From: an uncultured bacterium
GTDB lineage: Bacteria; Acidobacteriota; Aminicenantia; UBA2199
Direction: 5' to 3'
Length of the DNA stretch: 64,000 nt
Assembly (NCBI GenBank): GCA_965371805.1
Contig: CBDUZW010000004.1
Span: forward strand, 12,592-76,591
Shown: piece after piece, positions 37,721 through 48,142 of the stretch
Numbering within the stretch: the stretch's first letter is position 1
Layout: every line of letters starts with the position of its first letter
Notes under the pieces: generated by a model
Database searches by the model: none
The model's input: the letters and a program-made list of their open reading frames with translations, nothing else
What the model was told of the DNA's origin: nothing
Position numbers and translations under genes: made by a program

Positions 37721-38923
37721 TTAACTTTTATTATTGGGAATAACCCATATATTGTTCTCTATCATTAATTCTGTATTATCGATAAAAACTGACCTGCCCG
37801 CACCTCCAGGTCTAAAATCGGTAACAATGTCAACATGCTGTGCCGACCTGTTTAAAGAACCATCTTCTAAATGTTTTTTGATGTTTTCAATTCCTTTTTC
37901 CGAATCTGGATGTTTGTCAAATGGTTCATCATAACTTGCCCCGATTGCTATATGGAGAGTGCCTCCAACTTTTTCAACAAAAAGGGGATGTTTTAATGCC
38001 TTGGTTATTCCCTGGTTCATTCCAAGAGCAATCTCTCCTATCCTATGAGATCCGTTATCTGTTTCAATAATATTTTTCAATGTTTCAAATCCATTTTTTG
38101 CAGAATAGTCTGTAATTACTCCTTTAATTATCTTTAAATATATTCCTTGAATTGTCGCACCATTATAGTAAACAGGGAGGTCCACGAATATTTCGCCTTC
38201 AACATTATTAGCATTGGGGCTCGTATATACTTCACCATCCGGAAAGTTTCTTGTTCCTGTGCACTTGACTGCATTTCTATCTGTTATATCCAGTTTTAAT
38301 TCAAGATGTTTTTTTGTATCCGGACACTCTGTAATTACTTTTATCATATTTGCTTTCTCTATTAATTGAAATAGTGGCTCTTCAATAGAATCAAGCTCCC
38401 TGGGGTCAGTTATTGAAGCACTTACTATGATATCTGAATACTCTTCTATAGACATTCCTTCAATATCAGCGAATCCTTTTGTAGGGAAAAGAGTAATTAC
38501 CCATGGTTTGGACAGTCTGATCGATTTAAATGGTTCATCTGCGATTATTAATGCTTTTTCGGTCTTCTCCGGTAAGTTTGAGAATAGATCAGGGTCCTCT
38601 GCGCCAAGGACTTCAATATATTTTGTCATTGCTTCATATCTATTTCTCTGCCATTTGGGGACATTCTTTATCTGTGTTATAGTGCCATTTTTAGTTATTG
38701 AAGAACCCCAGACCATACCTCTATTATTGTCAGGAGCAACAAGATTGATGTCAGCTATTGCCCCGGCTTTAAATATTTTATCCTGCAAGACAGAAATAAG
38801 CGGCCAGGTAATATGCTCTCCTTTAACCATTATAATGTCATCAGATTCTATTCTGTCCAGTGAATAGTTCAGGATATAGTCTGCCCATTTTTCCAGATCT
38901 TCTTTCTTTATTCTATTTTCCAT
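37721..38923 (-). CDS. M29 aminopeptidase (AmpS/AmpT-like)
   Basis: NFPDGEVYTSP, IGEIALG, EKVGGTLHIAIG, SAQHVD. Confidence 0.9.
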   Translation of the reverse strand: MENRIKKEDLEKWADYILNYSLDRIESDDIIMVKGEHITWPLISVLQDKIFKAGAIADINLVAPDNNRGMVWGSSITKNGTITQIKNVPKWQRNRYEAMTKYIEVLGAEDPDLFSNLPEKTEKALIIADEPFKSIRLSKPWVITLFPTKGFADIEGMSIEEYSDIIVSASITDPRELDSIEEPLFQLIEKANMIKVITECPDTKKHLELKLDITDRNAVKCTGTRNFPDGEVYTSPNANNVEGEIFVDLPVYYNGATIQGIYLKIIKGVITDYSAKNGFETLKNIIETDNGSHRIGEIALGMNQGITKALKHPLFVEKVGGTLHIAIGASYDEPFDKHPDSEKGIENIKKHLEDGSLNRSAQHVDIVTDFRPGGAGRSVFIDNTELMIENNIWVIPNNKS

Positions 38924-39078
38924 ATTCGACTCCTTTATAAGTGTTAATTTTAGAAAATAATTGAAACTTTGTCAATTAGGAGATTCTTGTTATTCTTGTC
39001 TGATTTCATTGACAATAATTTTTTCTTTCTTTATAATTAATTTTTAAATGTATGTAGATATTCTTATTTGGAGCATAA

Positions 39079-39567
39079 ATGAATAGCAATAAGATCATTG
39101 ATAATGTTGGCAAAAAGCACAAATCAAATGCTGACTCGAATAAGGAACATCATCTGGTAATTCTTTTAAATGGTGAGAAATATTTTATCCCACTGGTGCT
39201 TGTAACCAGAATTATTAAAGAAAAAGAGATTTTTCCAATGCCTGAAACCTATGATTTTATTGAGGGTGTTTTTAATTTTTTTGGAGAGATAGTGCCTGTT
39301 GTAAATATGAAAAAGATCTTAAAACTTTCTGAATTAGAATTTCTAGAAGAAAAAAAATTCATTATATGTAAGGTTCTTGGTATCAATTTATGTTTTATTA
39401 TTGATGATGTAGAGGCAGAGTGGGAAATTGATACTGAAAAAATAAAAATAGACACTGTAAAGGTGATTGAAAATGAGTTTATATCGGGTGAATATATTCA
39501 TGAAGGTGAAGTTATTGGGATTATTGATGTGTTAAATATTGTTTCTACCTATAGATTTAAGGGATGA
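39079..39567 (+). CDS. cheW: Chemotaxis coupling protein CheW
   Basis: IFPMPETYDFIEGVFNFFGEIVPVVNM; first gene of the che cluster. Confidence 0.85.
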   Translation: MNSNKIIDNVGKKHKSNADSNKEHHLVILLNGEKYFIPLVLVTRIIKEKEIFPMPETYDFIEGVFNFFGEIVPVVNMKKILKLSELEFLEEKKFIICKVLGINLCFIIDDVEAEWEIDTEKIKIDTVKVIENEFISGEYIHEGEVIGIIDVLNIVSTYRFKG

Positions 39568-39977
39568 CATTACTTTTAGCAGTATCTCAACTTCAAGTCC
39601 CAATTGGAGAATTCAATTCTAGAAAAAAAATGAAGAAAGTTTTAATCAATTTTGCTTTCAATATGAATGAGATTGCAAAAGTTTTTAAAGCAAAAAGTAT
39701 AAAAAAAAAAGAACAGGATTTACTGCTTTTCAAACTAAATCAGAATAGTTTTGCACTGCAGTTAAAGAACTCAAAAATTTTTCCTGTTTTCAAAATTGAA
39801 AAAATGATTGAGTATTCAGGGGAGATATCTAATATAGATGTTTTTACTAAAGGTTGTACATATAATTCTGTTTTTGAAGGATTTATTCTAGATGAAGATA
39901 AAATATATGCTGTCCCTGATCAGATATTTCTGTCAGGGAATAGAGAGTCGTTCCAGGAGGTTACATGGAATCAATGA
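39564..39977 (+). CDS. Divergent CheW-like protein
   Basis: Size, beta-rich sequence and position between cheW and the MCP with overlapping stop/start; weak motifs. Confidence 0.45.
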   Translation: MTLLLAVSQLQVPIGEFNSRKKMKKVLINFAFNMNEIAKVFKAKSIKKKEQDLLLFKLNQNSFALQLKNSKIFPVFKIEKMIEYSGEISNIDVFTKGCTYNSVFEGFILDEDKIYAVPDQIFLSGNRESFQEVTWNQ

Positions 39978-41641
39978 AATTAAAAAAAATGAAAGTTCAA
40001 AAAACAACAATTCAGTCAACAAAGTTAAAAATTCTATACCTTTTGATTTCCTATATCCTGCTTATTGCAGTGTCTATAATGTCAAAAGGATTTGGACTAG
40101 GGTCTTTTCTCTTTTATATGAGTTTAGTTCTGAGTGCGATACTGTTTTTTGCAGGTTACTTCCTACTTTATAGAGATATAATATATTTTCATGAACTTAA
40201 GCGAACACTAGATAAATATAAGGAGTCGAACAGGACCTTTCATCCAGTTTTAGAGAGTACCTTAAATGATATGAGTGGAGGGGACTATTCAAAAACGATT
40301 GAACTTGAGAGTAGTGATATTGAAAAATTGGGTGAAAATAGAGGCTTCTTTGATAGTTTGAAAACTGTATTGGAAAAAATCAAATCCAGTAATAGCCATA
40401 ATCAAAAAATATCTTTTGGATTGGTTGGTTCTGTTCAAACGTTACTGGAAGCATATAATATTCAGGCAAGTGCAAGTTCAGAACAGGCGAGTAGTGTTGC
40501 TGAAATTACCGCAACAATGGAAGAATTAGCAAGGACTGCAGCACAGATTGCTGAAAATTCGAATAAGGTTGCAACTCAGGCGAATAGTGCAGATAAAGCT
40601 GCCAGAGAAGGATTCGGGCTCATTAATACTGTAATCTATCGAATTGAAAAAATAGATAAAAAAATGGACCAGATATCGCAAAAAACTCAGATATTGGGTA
40701 CCCAGTCAAAAGAGATAGGTAAGGTGCTTGAAATCATTCATGATATTTCAAATGAGACCCATCTCCTTGCATTGAATGCTGCTATCGAATCTGTTTCAGC
40801 AGGTGAGTATGGGAAACGATTTGGAGTTATTGCAGCTGAAGTTAGAAGGCTTGCAGAAATTTCAAGAGAAAATGCAGAAACAATAAAAAAATCGATAGAT
40901 GAATTCCAAAATTCAATTGATACAACAATACTTGCCATTGATGAAGGGACAAAAATGACTTCAGAGGTTAATGTGACATCCCAGGAGATAAGTTCACACC
41001 TGAATTCTATTACAGATAATGTAGCTGAAACATCGCAAAGTGCAAGTGAAATTTCTCTTGCAACCCAACAGCAGCGAACAGCAAGTGACCAGATTGTTTT
41101 GACATTGAAAGAGATCTCACATGTTACTAAACAACAGGCAGGGGAACTAAAAAAATCTTCAACAGAGATCAAGCGATTAAGTTTGCTTGCATTAAATCAT
41201 CAGATACTGACTCAGCATATAATTATAGATTCACCATTCAGTCTAGGGTATAAAATTCAAAAAATAGCCTCACTGCCTGATATAACTGGCATGAATAAGG
41301 TAGAACATAATCAGATTCTTGAAAAAATAATAGATGAAAATCAGTTTTTAGAATTAATATTTATAGCTGGAAAGGATGGCAAACTATGTTCATACTCTAT
41401 TAATAAGCATAACATGGATATAGAGTATTCAATAGAAATAGGAGAAGATGTCGCCTCAAGACCATGGTTTTTCAGTGCATTTGGCTCTGATTATCCATAT
41501 ATATCAAATGTTTATAAATCTGCTTTTTCTAAAGAAGATTGCTTTACTGTCTCAAACTGTATAAAAAACGAAAAAAATGAAATTATTGGAGTCGTAGCAA
41601 TAGATATAAACACAAAAGAGTGGACTAAGATCTTAGCATAG
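39965..41641 (+). CDS. Methyl-accepting chemotaxis protein with C-terminal Cache/PDC-like domain
   Basis: ETHLLALNAAIES...GKRFGVIAAEVRRLA; tail SRPWF...YISNVYKS...IIGVVAIDI. Confidence 0.9.
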   Translation: MESMKLKKMKVQKTTIQSTKLKILYLLISYILLIAVSIMSKGFGLGSFLFYMSLVLSAILFFAGYFLLYRDIIYFHELKRTLDKYKESNRTFHPVLESTLNDMSGGDYSKTIELESSDIEKLGENRGFFDSLKTVLEKIKSSNSHNQKISFGLVGSVQTLLEAYNIQASASSEQASSVAEITATMEELARTAAQIAENSNKVATQANSADKAAREGFGLINTVIYRIEKIDKKMDQISQKTQILGTQSKEIGKVLEIIHDISNETHLLALNAAIESVSAGEYGKRFGVIAAEVRRLAEISRENAETIKKSIDEFQNSIDTTILAIDEGTKMTSEVNVTSQEISSHLNSITDNVAETSQSASEISLATQQQRTASDQIVLTLKEISHVTKQQAGELKKSSTEIKRLSLLALNHQILTQHIIIDSPFSLGYKIQKIASLPDITGMNKVEHNQILEKIIDENQFLELIFIAGKDGKLCSYSINKHNMDIEYSIEIGEDVASRPWFFSAFGSDYPYISNVYKSAFSKEDCFTVSNCIKNEKNEIIGVVAIDINTKEWTKILA

Positions 41642-41648
41642 TAAAAAT

Positions 41649-44012
41649 ATGGCTCTTAATATTTCAAAATTTCTTGAACAATTTTTTATTGAGGCTGAAG
41701 ATAAACTTTCTTCAATTCAAATGAAAATGGTGGATTATGAGAAGAATCCTAAGGATACAGATTCATTAATTTCAATACAAAGAGATATTCATACAATAAA
41801 AGGTAGTTCAAGAATGGTTGGGCTCAAAAAAATAAGTGAAATAGCTCATAGTCTGGAAGATGCTATTGAAGCACTGAGCTCCAATAGGATAAATATAACA
41901 AATGAGTCAATGGGTGTGCTTTATAGAGGTATAGATATGGTCTCCTCAATGGTTGTGAAGAGAGGAGAAGCAGACCCCAATACTGGCGATAATGATCCTT
42001 CTTTTGATAAGGTCAAGGAGGATCTGTCAGAATTATTGACTGGAAAATCAGAAACGACCATTGAAATAGGAAAAGAAAAAAACTTAAAGAATATTAGAGG
42101 TAAAAAGAAAATTAATCTTGATTTTGAAAAATTAAGAAAAAATATAAAAAGAAAAAAAAAGAAAGATGTAGCTCCACAGCCGGAGATAAATGAATTAGAG
42201 ATTGTTAAAAAGGCAGCGAGTTATTTAGCCTCCTCAGTCCTAAAAACGGATCTTAATAAAAAAGATGATAAAGTTGAAAATACCGAAGTTAATAAAAAAG
42301 AGTATCTCAAAATTGAGAAAAAAAGGATTGATGTTATTATTAATAAAGTAACAGATATTCTTACTAAAAAATATGTTTTTTCAAATCTTCTCTCAAATAT
42401 TAAAAACATTAGATCTATTGCAGAAAATATTAATCAAGAATGGGTTAATTTTTATAAAGGAGGATCAGAAGATATTAAAAACAATGATTTAGAAAGAAGA
42501 AGTGCAATTACACATGGACTGGAACATATAAATAAAACTCTATGGAATACTGAACAATATTTTGCAACTGATATAAATAGTTTTGAAGGGTCAATTAAAG
42601 ATCTTTATGATAAATTACTTGAGTTAAAATTGACTCCTCTCTCTACAATTTTTAATATTTATCCTAGATTTGTTAGGGACTATGGCCATAGAAATAATAA
42701 AAATATATCAATATTCATAAGAGGAGAAGATACTGAAGTTGATAAAATTCTAACCAAAAAAATTAATGAGCCACTGGTTCATCTTATTAGAAACTCATGT
42801 GATCATGGTATTGAATTTTCTGAAGAGAGAATAAAACTCGGAAAACCCGAACATGGAACAATAATCGTTGAAGCTATTAAAAAAGGAAATAGAGTTGAGA
42901 TAAAAGTAAGTGATGATGGAAGGGGACTTGATAAGGATAAAATTATAGAAACGGCTATTTTAAAGGAGATGATAACTAAAAAGAAAATTGCAGAGATGGA
43001 TGATAAAGAAATTTATAATATAATATTTGAAGCTGGTTTCTCAACTTCTGATTCTGTATCTGATACAAGTGGAAGAGGAATGGGAATGAATATTGTAAAA
43101 AAAGTTCTGCATAGCTTTGGCGGCAGCATTTATGTTGAAACTGAGAAAAATAAAGGTACAACATTTATACTTGATTTTCCAATATCAATTTTCACAAATA
43201 GTGTTTTATTTGTTGAGGAAGAGAAAAGAGAGTATGCAATTCCAAGTAATTTTATAAAAAGTATAGTCAAAATAGATAGTGAAAATATCAACGAGAGGTC
43301 CGGGTATTCTGTAATTGTCCATAATGATGAAATCTATACAGTTGCCAAACTAAACCAAATACTCTATGGCGAAAGTTCAGGTATAAGTGACAAATCTCTC
43401 TATCTCATTATTCCAAAAGGGACTGAAAAAAAAATTGGAATATTGGTAGATAACATCCTCTATGAAACGAATGTTATTATTAAGGAAACTGGACCTTTGC
43501 TTGGAAAATTAAAATATATATTTGGACTGATCATTGGAAATAAGGGGGATATTATCTCTGTGCTCGACCTTCATGATCTAACAGAGTCAAGCGAATTTTC
43601 AAAAAAGATTAAGATGATAACCCCTCCGTCAGAAAAAAACAAAAAAAAGAAAAAGATTCTAATCGTTGATGATTCAATTTTAGTAAGAGAGATGGAAAAA
43701 AATCTTCTAGAGGGTGCTGGATATGAAATAACCACAGCTATTAATGGACTCGATGGATATAATAAAGCGATATCGAATTTATATGATCTAATTGTTGCCG
43801 ATGTTGAAATGCCTGAAATGGGTGGGCTTGAAATGCTTGAAAATATAAAAAAAATAGAAGGCTATGCAGAAATACCGACAATAGTGTTGAGTACGGTTGA
43901 GAAAGAGGAAGATAAGATCAGAGGACTTAAAATAGGTGCAAATGCATGGCTGCAGAAACAGGATTTTAATGATAGAGAATTTATAGATGTAATTAAAAGT
44001 TTTATTGAATAA
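41649..44012 (+). CDS. cheA: Hybrid CheA histidine kinase with receiver domain
   Basis: HTIKGSSRMVG (Hpt), PLVHLIRNSCDHGIE, DDGRG, SGRGMGM, C-terminal ILIVDDS receiver. Confidence 0.95.
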   Translation: MALNISKFLEQFFIEAEDKLSSIQMKMVDYEKNPKDTDSLISIQRDIHTIKGSSRMVGLKKISEIAHSLEDAIEALSSNRINITNESMGVLYRGIDMVSSMVVKRGEADPNTGDNDPSFDKVKEDLSELLTGKSETTIEIGKEKNLKNIRGKKKINLDFEKLRKNIKRKKKKDVAPQPEINELEIVKKAASYLASSVLKTDLNKKDDKVENTEVNKKEYLKIEKKRIDVIINKVTDILTKKYVFSNLLSNIKNIRSIAENINQEWVNFYKGGSEDIKNNDLERRSAITHGLEHINKTLWNTEQYFATDINSFEGSIKDLYDKLLELKLTPLSTIFNIYPRFVRDYGHRNNKNISIFIRGEDTEVDKILTKKINEPLVHLIRNSCDHGIEFSEERIKLGKPEHGTIIVEAIKKGNRVEIKVSDDGRGLDKDKIIETAILKEMITKKKIAEMDDKEIYNIIFEAGFSTSDSVSDTSGRGMGMNIVKKVLHSFGGSIYVETEKNKGTTFILDFPISIFTNSVLFVEEEKREYAIPSNFIKSIVKIDSENINERSGYSVIVHNDEIYTVAKLNQILYGESSGISDKSLYLIIPKGTEKKIGILVDNILYETNVIIKETGPLLGKLKYIFGLIIGNKGDIISVLDLHDLTESSEFSKKIKMITPPSEKNKKKKKILIVDDSILVREMEKNLLEGAGYEITTAINGLDGYNKAISNLYDLIVADVEMPEMGGLEMLENIKKIEGYAEIPTIVLSTVEKEEDKIRGLKIGANAWLQKQDFNDREFIDVIKSFIE

Positions 44013-44036
44013 TTTTAGAAAATTGGAGAGTATAAT

Positions 44037-45131
44037 TTGATAAGAGTTCTTATAGTTGATGATTCAGCAATGGTCAGGGAAATCCTTAGAGAAATACTGA
44101 GTTCTGATCCTGAAATACAGATTGTGGGTGAAGCAGAGAATGGAAAAATTGCGATTGAGCTAACCAAAAAAACAAAACCTGATATCATCACGATGGATAT
44201 TCAAATGCCTGAGATGGATGGTTTTGAAGCGACAGAATATATTATGGCATATAATCCGACTCCAATAATTATTTTTTCAAGTATAATTGATAAAAAAGAA
44301 ACGACTGCAAGTCTCAAGGCTATATCTCTTGGTGCTTTAGATGTTATGAAAAAACCAGATATAACTGATGATAGGTTTCAGAGCATTGCAGGTTCAATTA
44401 TTGCTAAGGTTAAATCCTTAGCCCATATAAGAGTCATTCCACATATAAAAAAGAAAATGGAAGATATTCATAGAACAAAAAATCTAATTGCAGCTTCTGA
44501 AAAGAAAACAAAAAATCTAAATTTAGATATATTATTAACTAATCATTATAGAATTAATTATAAAATGATAGGGATTGGAGCATCAACCGGTGGTCCGAAA
44601 GCATTGGGAAAAGTATTGTCTGAATTTCCTGCAGACTTTCCCATTGGTATAGTCGTTGTTCAGCATATATGTGAAGGCTTTATTGAGAGTTTAGCTGAAT
44701 TACTTAATACAAAAATATCATTAAAAGTAAAAATTGCAGAAAACAAAGAGATCGTATCTGGTGGTTGTGTCTATATTGCACCGAGTAATGTTCAACTTTT
44801 AATTGATAAAGAAGGGCGAATTGTTTTAAACAAAAATCTTTCTCCCTGGGGAGTTTTTAAACCTTCTATTAACTATCTTTTCAAATCAATGGGAGAAACT
44901 CTGGAGGAAAAAGGTATCGGGGTTATATTAACAGGAATGGGAAATGATGGGTCTGAGGGGTTAGAAATAATGTACAAAAAAGGAGCATTTACTATTGCTC
45001 AGGATCAAAAAAGCTCATTAATCTTTGGAATGCCTAAAACGGCAATTGATAAAGGGGTTGTTACAAGGGTAGTTAGTTTGGCAGATATTGCACATGAAAT
45101 AAAATCAATAACAGGATATAATTATGAATAA
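44037..45131 (+). CDS. cheB: Chemotaxis methylesterase
   Basis: Receiver domain plus IGASTGGP, VVQH, LTGMGNDG. Confidence 0.95.
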   Translation: MIRVLIVDDSAMVREILREILSSDPEIQIVGEAENGKIAIELTKKTKPDIITMDIQMPEMDGFEATEYIMAYNPTPIIIFSSIIDKKETTASLKAISLGALDVMKKPDITDDRFQSIAGSIIAKVKSLAHIRVIPHIKKKMEDIHRTKNLIAASEKKTKNLNLDILLTNHYRINYKMIGIGASTGGPKALGKVLSEFPADFPIGIVVVQHICEGFIESLAELLNTKISLKVKIAENKEIVSGGCVYIAPSNVQLLIDKEGRIVLNKNLSPWGVFKPSINYLFKSMGETLEEKGIGVILTGMGNDGSEGLEIMYKKGAFTIAQDQKSSLIFGMPKTAIDKGVVTRVVSLADIAHEIKSITGYNYE

Positions 45132-46602
45132 AAAAATCTTAATAGCTGATGATAGTTCAACAATGCGTTTATTACTTCAAGATATTCTGAAAAATGAAGG
45201 CTATACCGTAATAACAGCAGAGGATGGAGTACAAGCTGTAATACTTACATTTGAAAATAATCCGGATCTTATTATTTCTGATATAGAGATGCCTATTATG
45301 GATGGATATCAGGTATGTAGATTGCTTAAAAATGAACCAAAATTTTCGCAAACCCCAATCATATTATTAACGTCAAAGGAAAGTTCAGGTGCAGTATTCT
45401 GGGGATACCAGACAGGTGCAGATCTATATGTTCTAAAAGATTTCAAATCGGAATATCTAATTGGAGAGATTAAAAAATTATTGTCACAATATCCAAAAAC
45501 TAAAATAGCTAAAGATTCATTTGTTCCTGAACAGGTAAATCAAACTAAGATAATGGAAAAGCTCAATGTATTTCTGGATAGCCAGCTTTTTGAAATGACA
45601 TTGATTAATGAGATTAGTCAGGCAACAGTAGATCTCACAAACCTTACAGAGACAATCTCATCATTGCTTAATATTCTTGACAAATCTATTGATAATTATA
45701 TGATTGGATTTGCTATATTTTCAAAGGAAGAGGAAATAATACTCGGGATAAAATTATCAAAAGAAATTCCTGAGAGATTTCTTGATTTGTTTGAATTTCA
45801 GACTTTGGAGGATATAGCGACTCTTATTAATAATGATATCTCCTCCTATAGTATTGAAGTAGAGATTATTGACGAGGAATTGCTAGTTGACAGCGATGAT
45901 AAAAACCGATCCACGGATGAATTGGACCCAAAATTAATTTATAGTATTCCGCTTAAAGCTAAAGATGAATTTATTGGAATGTTAAGTATCTATCACCCAC
46001 AGATGGAATCCGTCTCGATTTACCAGAAAAAATTAATTAAAAAGCTGGAAACTTATATCTCAACTGCTATTAATACGATACTTCTATATAATAAAGTAAA
46101 AGATCTTAGTATTATTGATAGTCTGACAGGACTGTATAACCGTAGATATGTAATGGAGGCCTATAAGATGGAATTTAGCAAAGCTTCCAGATACAATTCA
46201 AATATTAGTATCATTATGATGGATATTGATAATTTTAAAATAATTAATGATACCTATGGGCATCTTTCCGGAGATCTAGTAATTAAGTCTATTTCAGAAA
46301 TTATTAAGAAAAGTATCAGGAACTTTGATATTCCAGGCAGATATGGAGGTGAAGAGTTTATTTTAATACTTCCTGAAACAAGTATAGATGACACGGTTAT
46401 TGTGGCAGAGAGAATTCGTGCATCTGTTGAAAGTTTTGATTTTCTTAGTATTGTAAATGAGAAATTAATAGTAACCATAAGTATTGGGATTAGTAATCTT
46501 ATTACAATGGAATCAAACAAAAATGAATTAGAGTTAATAAAGGTTGCAGATTCAAATCTTTATAAAGCCAAAAAGACAGGAAAGAATCGAGTAATCCATT
46601 AA
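45124..46602 (+). CDS. Response-regulator diguanylate cyclase (REC-GAF-like-GGDEF)
   Basis: Receiver domain, DSLTGLYNRR, DIDNFKIINDTYGH, RNFD I-site, GRYGGEEF. Confidence 0.93.
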   Translation: MNKKILIADDSSTMRLLLQDILKNEGYTVITAEDGVQAVILTFENNPDLIISDIEMPIMDGYQVCRLLKNEPKFSQTPIILLTSKESSGAVFWGYQTGADLYVLKDFKSEYLIGEIKKLLSQYPKTKIAKDSFVPEQVNQTKIMEKLNVFLDSQLFEMTLINEISQATVDLTNLTETISSLLNILDKSIDNYMIGFAIFSKEEEIILGIKLSKEIPERFLDLFEFQTLEDIATLINNDISSYSIEVEIIDEELLVDSDDKNRSTDELDPKLIYSIPLKAKDEFIGMLSIYHPQMESVSIYQKKLIKKLETYISTAINTILLYNKVKDLSIIDSLTGLYNRRYVMEAYKMEFSKASRYNSNISIIMMDIDNFKIINDTYGHLSGDLVIKSISEIIKKSIRNFDIPGRYGGEEFILILPETSIDDTVIVAERIRASVESFDFLSIVNEKLIVTISIGISNLITMESNKNELELIKVADSNLYKAKKTGKNRVIH

Positions 46603-46604
46603 AT

Positions 46605-48113
46605 ATGACATCTAAAGATTGTGAAATAAAGGATGATTATTCACCTCAGATTGAAAATAATTTAGTTGAATTAATAAAAGAAAGAAGCGGAATAACTTTT
46701 GATTCTGCAAAACGACGTGAATTAAAACATGATATTCTTGTATTAATGGAAGATCTGAAAATTTACTCCTATGAAAAATATTATTTTTACCTTACAGAAG
46801 GGAAAAATAGAGAATCTGAAATCAAAAAGTTGATAAATATGTCAACAATAAACGAAACTTTTTTTTTTAGAGTTCAAGATCATTTTATAATTTTGAATGA
46901 CACTCTAATTCCTAAAATTATTAAAAAAAACAAAAATCAACCCATCAGGATCTGGTGTGCCGGATGCTCATCTGGAGAGGAAGTATATAGTATTGCAATA
47001 ACAATGTTTGAGTTAAAATCTAAGCATTATGGCGGTTTAGATTTTGAAGTAATTGGTACAGATATAAATGACGACATGATTGCTTCAGCAAAAAAGGGTG
47101 CTTATAGTGGTAGAACTTTAAATCTAGTTCCTGAACATTATTTGGGAAACTATTTTGATGAAAAAAATAATCAGTATTTTGTTAAGGATTTTGTTAAAGA
47201 AAAGACTTCATTCGAATATTTGAATCTTACTGACGATTTTACCTCAAAGTTTGAGAAAAAATTAGATATAGTTTTTTTTAGAAATGTGTTTATATATTTT
47301 AACAGGGAAACAAATATTAAAATAATTGAAAGTTTCTACTCCATTCTAAAAAAGGAGGGCTATCTTTTTCTGGGTCCTTCTGAGACCCTGTGGAAATTAA
47401 CAGATAAATTTGAATTATGGATGTTTGAAAATTCCTATATTTATCAAAAACCAGGAAATGACAGCATTGAAATAAAGGAAATAGGTCCTCAGAAAATTAA
47501 AAAACAACTTGAAGGTGATTACTTTTTTGAAAATCATGAGGATTCTATTGCGAATGAAACAGAGCAATCAGTCTCTTCACAATCAGATGGGATTCAATCT
47601 GAAAACAAGACTAACAATGCCGATAGGCTTGCCAAAGCAGCAGATTTTATAAATATTGCAGATTATAAAAATGCCGAGAAAATAATAGATGATATTTTAA
47701 AGAATGAAGAGGCAAACAAGGATGCTGTGATCTTAAAACTTCTTGTTTTTAGTAATAGGTCTGATAAATCCGGTTTATTATCTTTTTCAAAAAATATAAG
47801 CAATACAGTTCCCGTATTTCCTGAATTACATTATATTCTGGGTAATTATTTTGAGTCTCTGGGAGAAATTGACCAAGCTTTAAATTCATTTAAAAAGGCA
47901 ATATTTATTGATAGGGAGTTGATTCAACCAAGAGAAAAAATACTGAATTTAAAATTAGCCAGCAAGAATATCCCTGCTGCAAAACTTGAAGCAAAGAATC
48001 TAATTATTCAGATTAAGAGAGAAAATTACAAATTTTTCTCATCACAATTTTTGCCAAAGGTAAATATAGAAAAATTAAAAGAACTCTGCATAAAGATACA
48101 GGCTTATAAGTAG
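46605..48113 (+). CDS. cheR: Chemotaxis methyltransferase with TPR tail
   Basis: TINETFFFR, IWCAGCSSGEEVYS, FRNVFIYF, C-terminal TPR-like helices. Confidence 0.92.
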   Translation: MTSKDCEIKDDYSPQIENNLVELIKERSGITFDSAKRRELKHDILVLMEDLKIYSYEKYYFYLTEGKNRESEIKKLINMSTINETFFFRVQDHFIILNDTLIPKIIKKNKNQPIRIWCAGCSSGEEVYSIAITMFELKSKHYGGLDFEVIGTDINDDMIASAKKGAYSGRTLNLVPEHYLGNYFDEKNNQYFVKDFVKEKTSFEYLNLTDDFTSKFEKKLDIVFFRNVFIYFNRETNIKIIESFYSILKKEGYLFLGPSETLWKLTDKFELWMFENSYIYQKPGNDSIEIKEIGPQKIKKQLEGDYFFENHEDSIANETEQSVSSQSDGIQSENKTNNADRLAKAADFINIADYKNAEKIIDDILKNEEANKDAVILKLLVFSNRSDKSGLLSFSKNISNTVPVFPELHYILGNYFESLGEIDQALNSFKKAIFIDRELIQPREKILNLKLASKNIPAAKLEAKNLIIQIKRENYKFFSSQFLPKVNIEKLKELCIKIQAYK

Positions 48114-48142
48114 AAGATTTATAAAACATTGATTTTTTTAGC

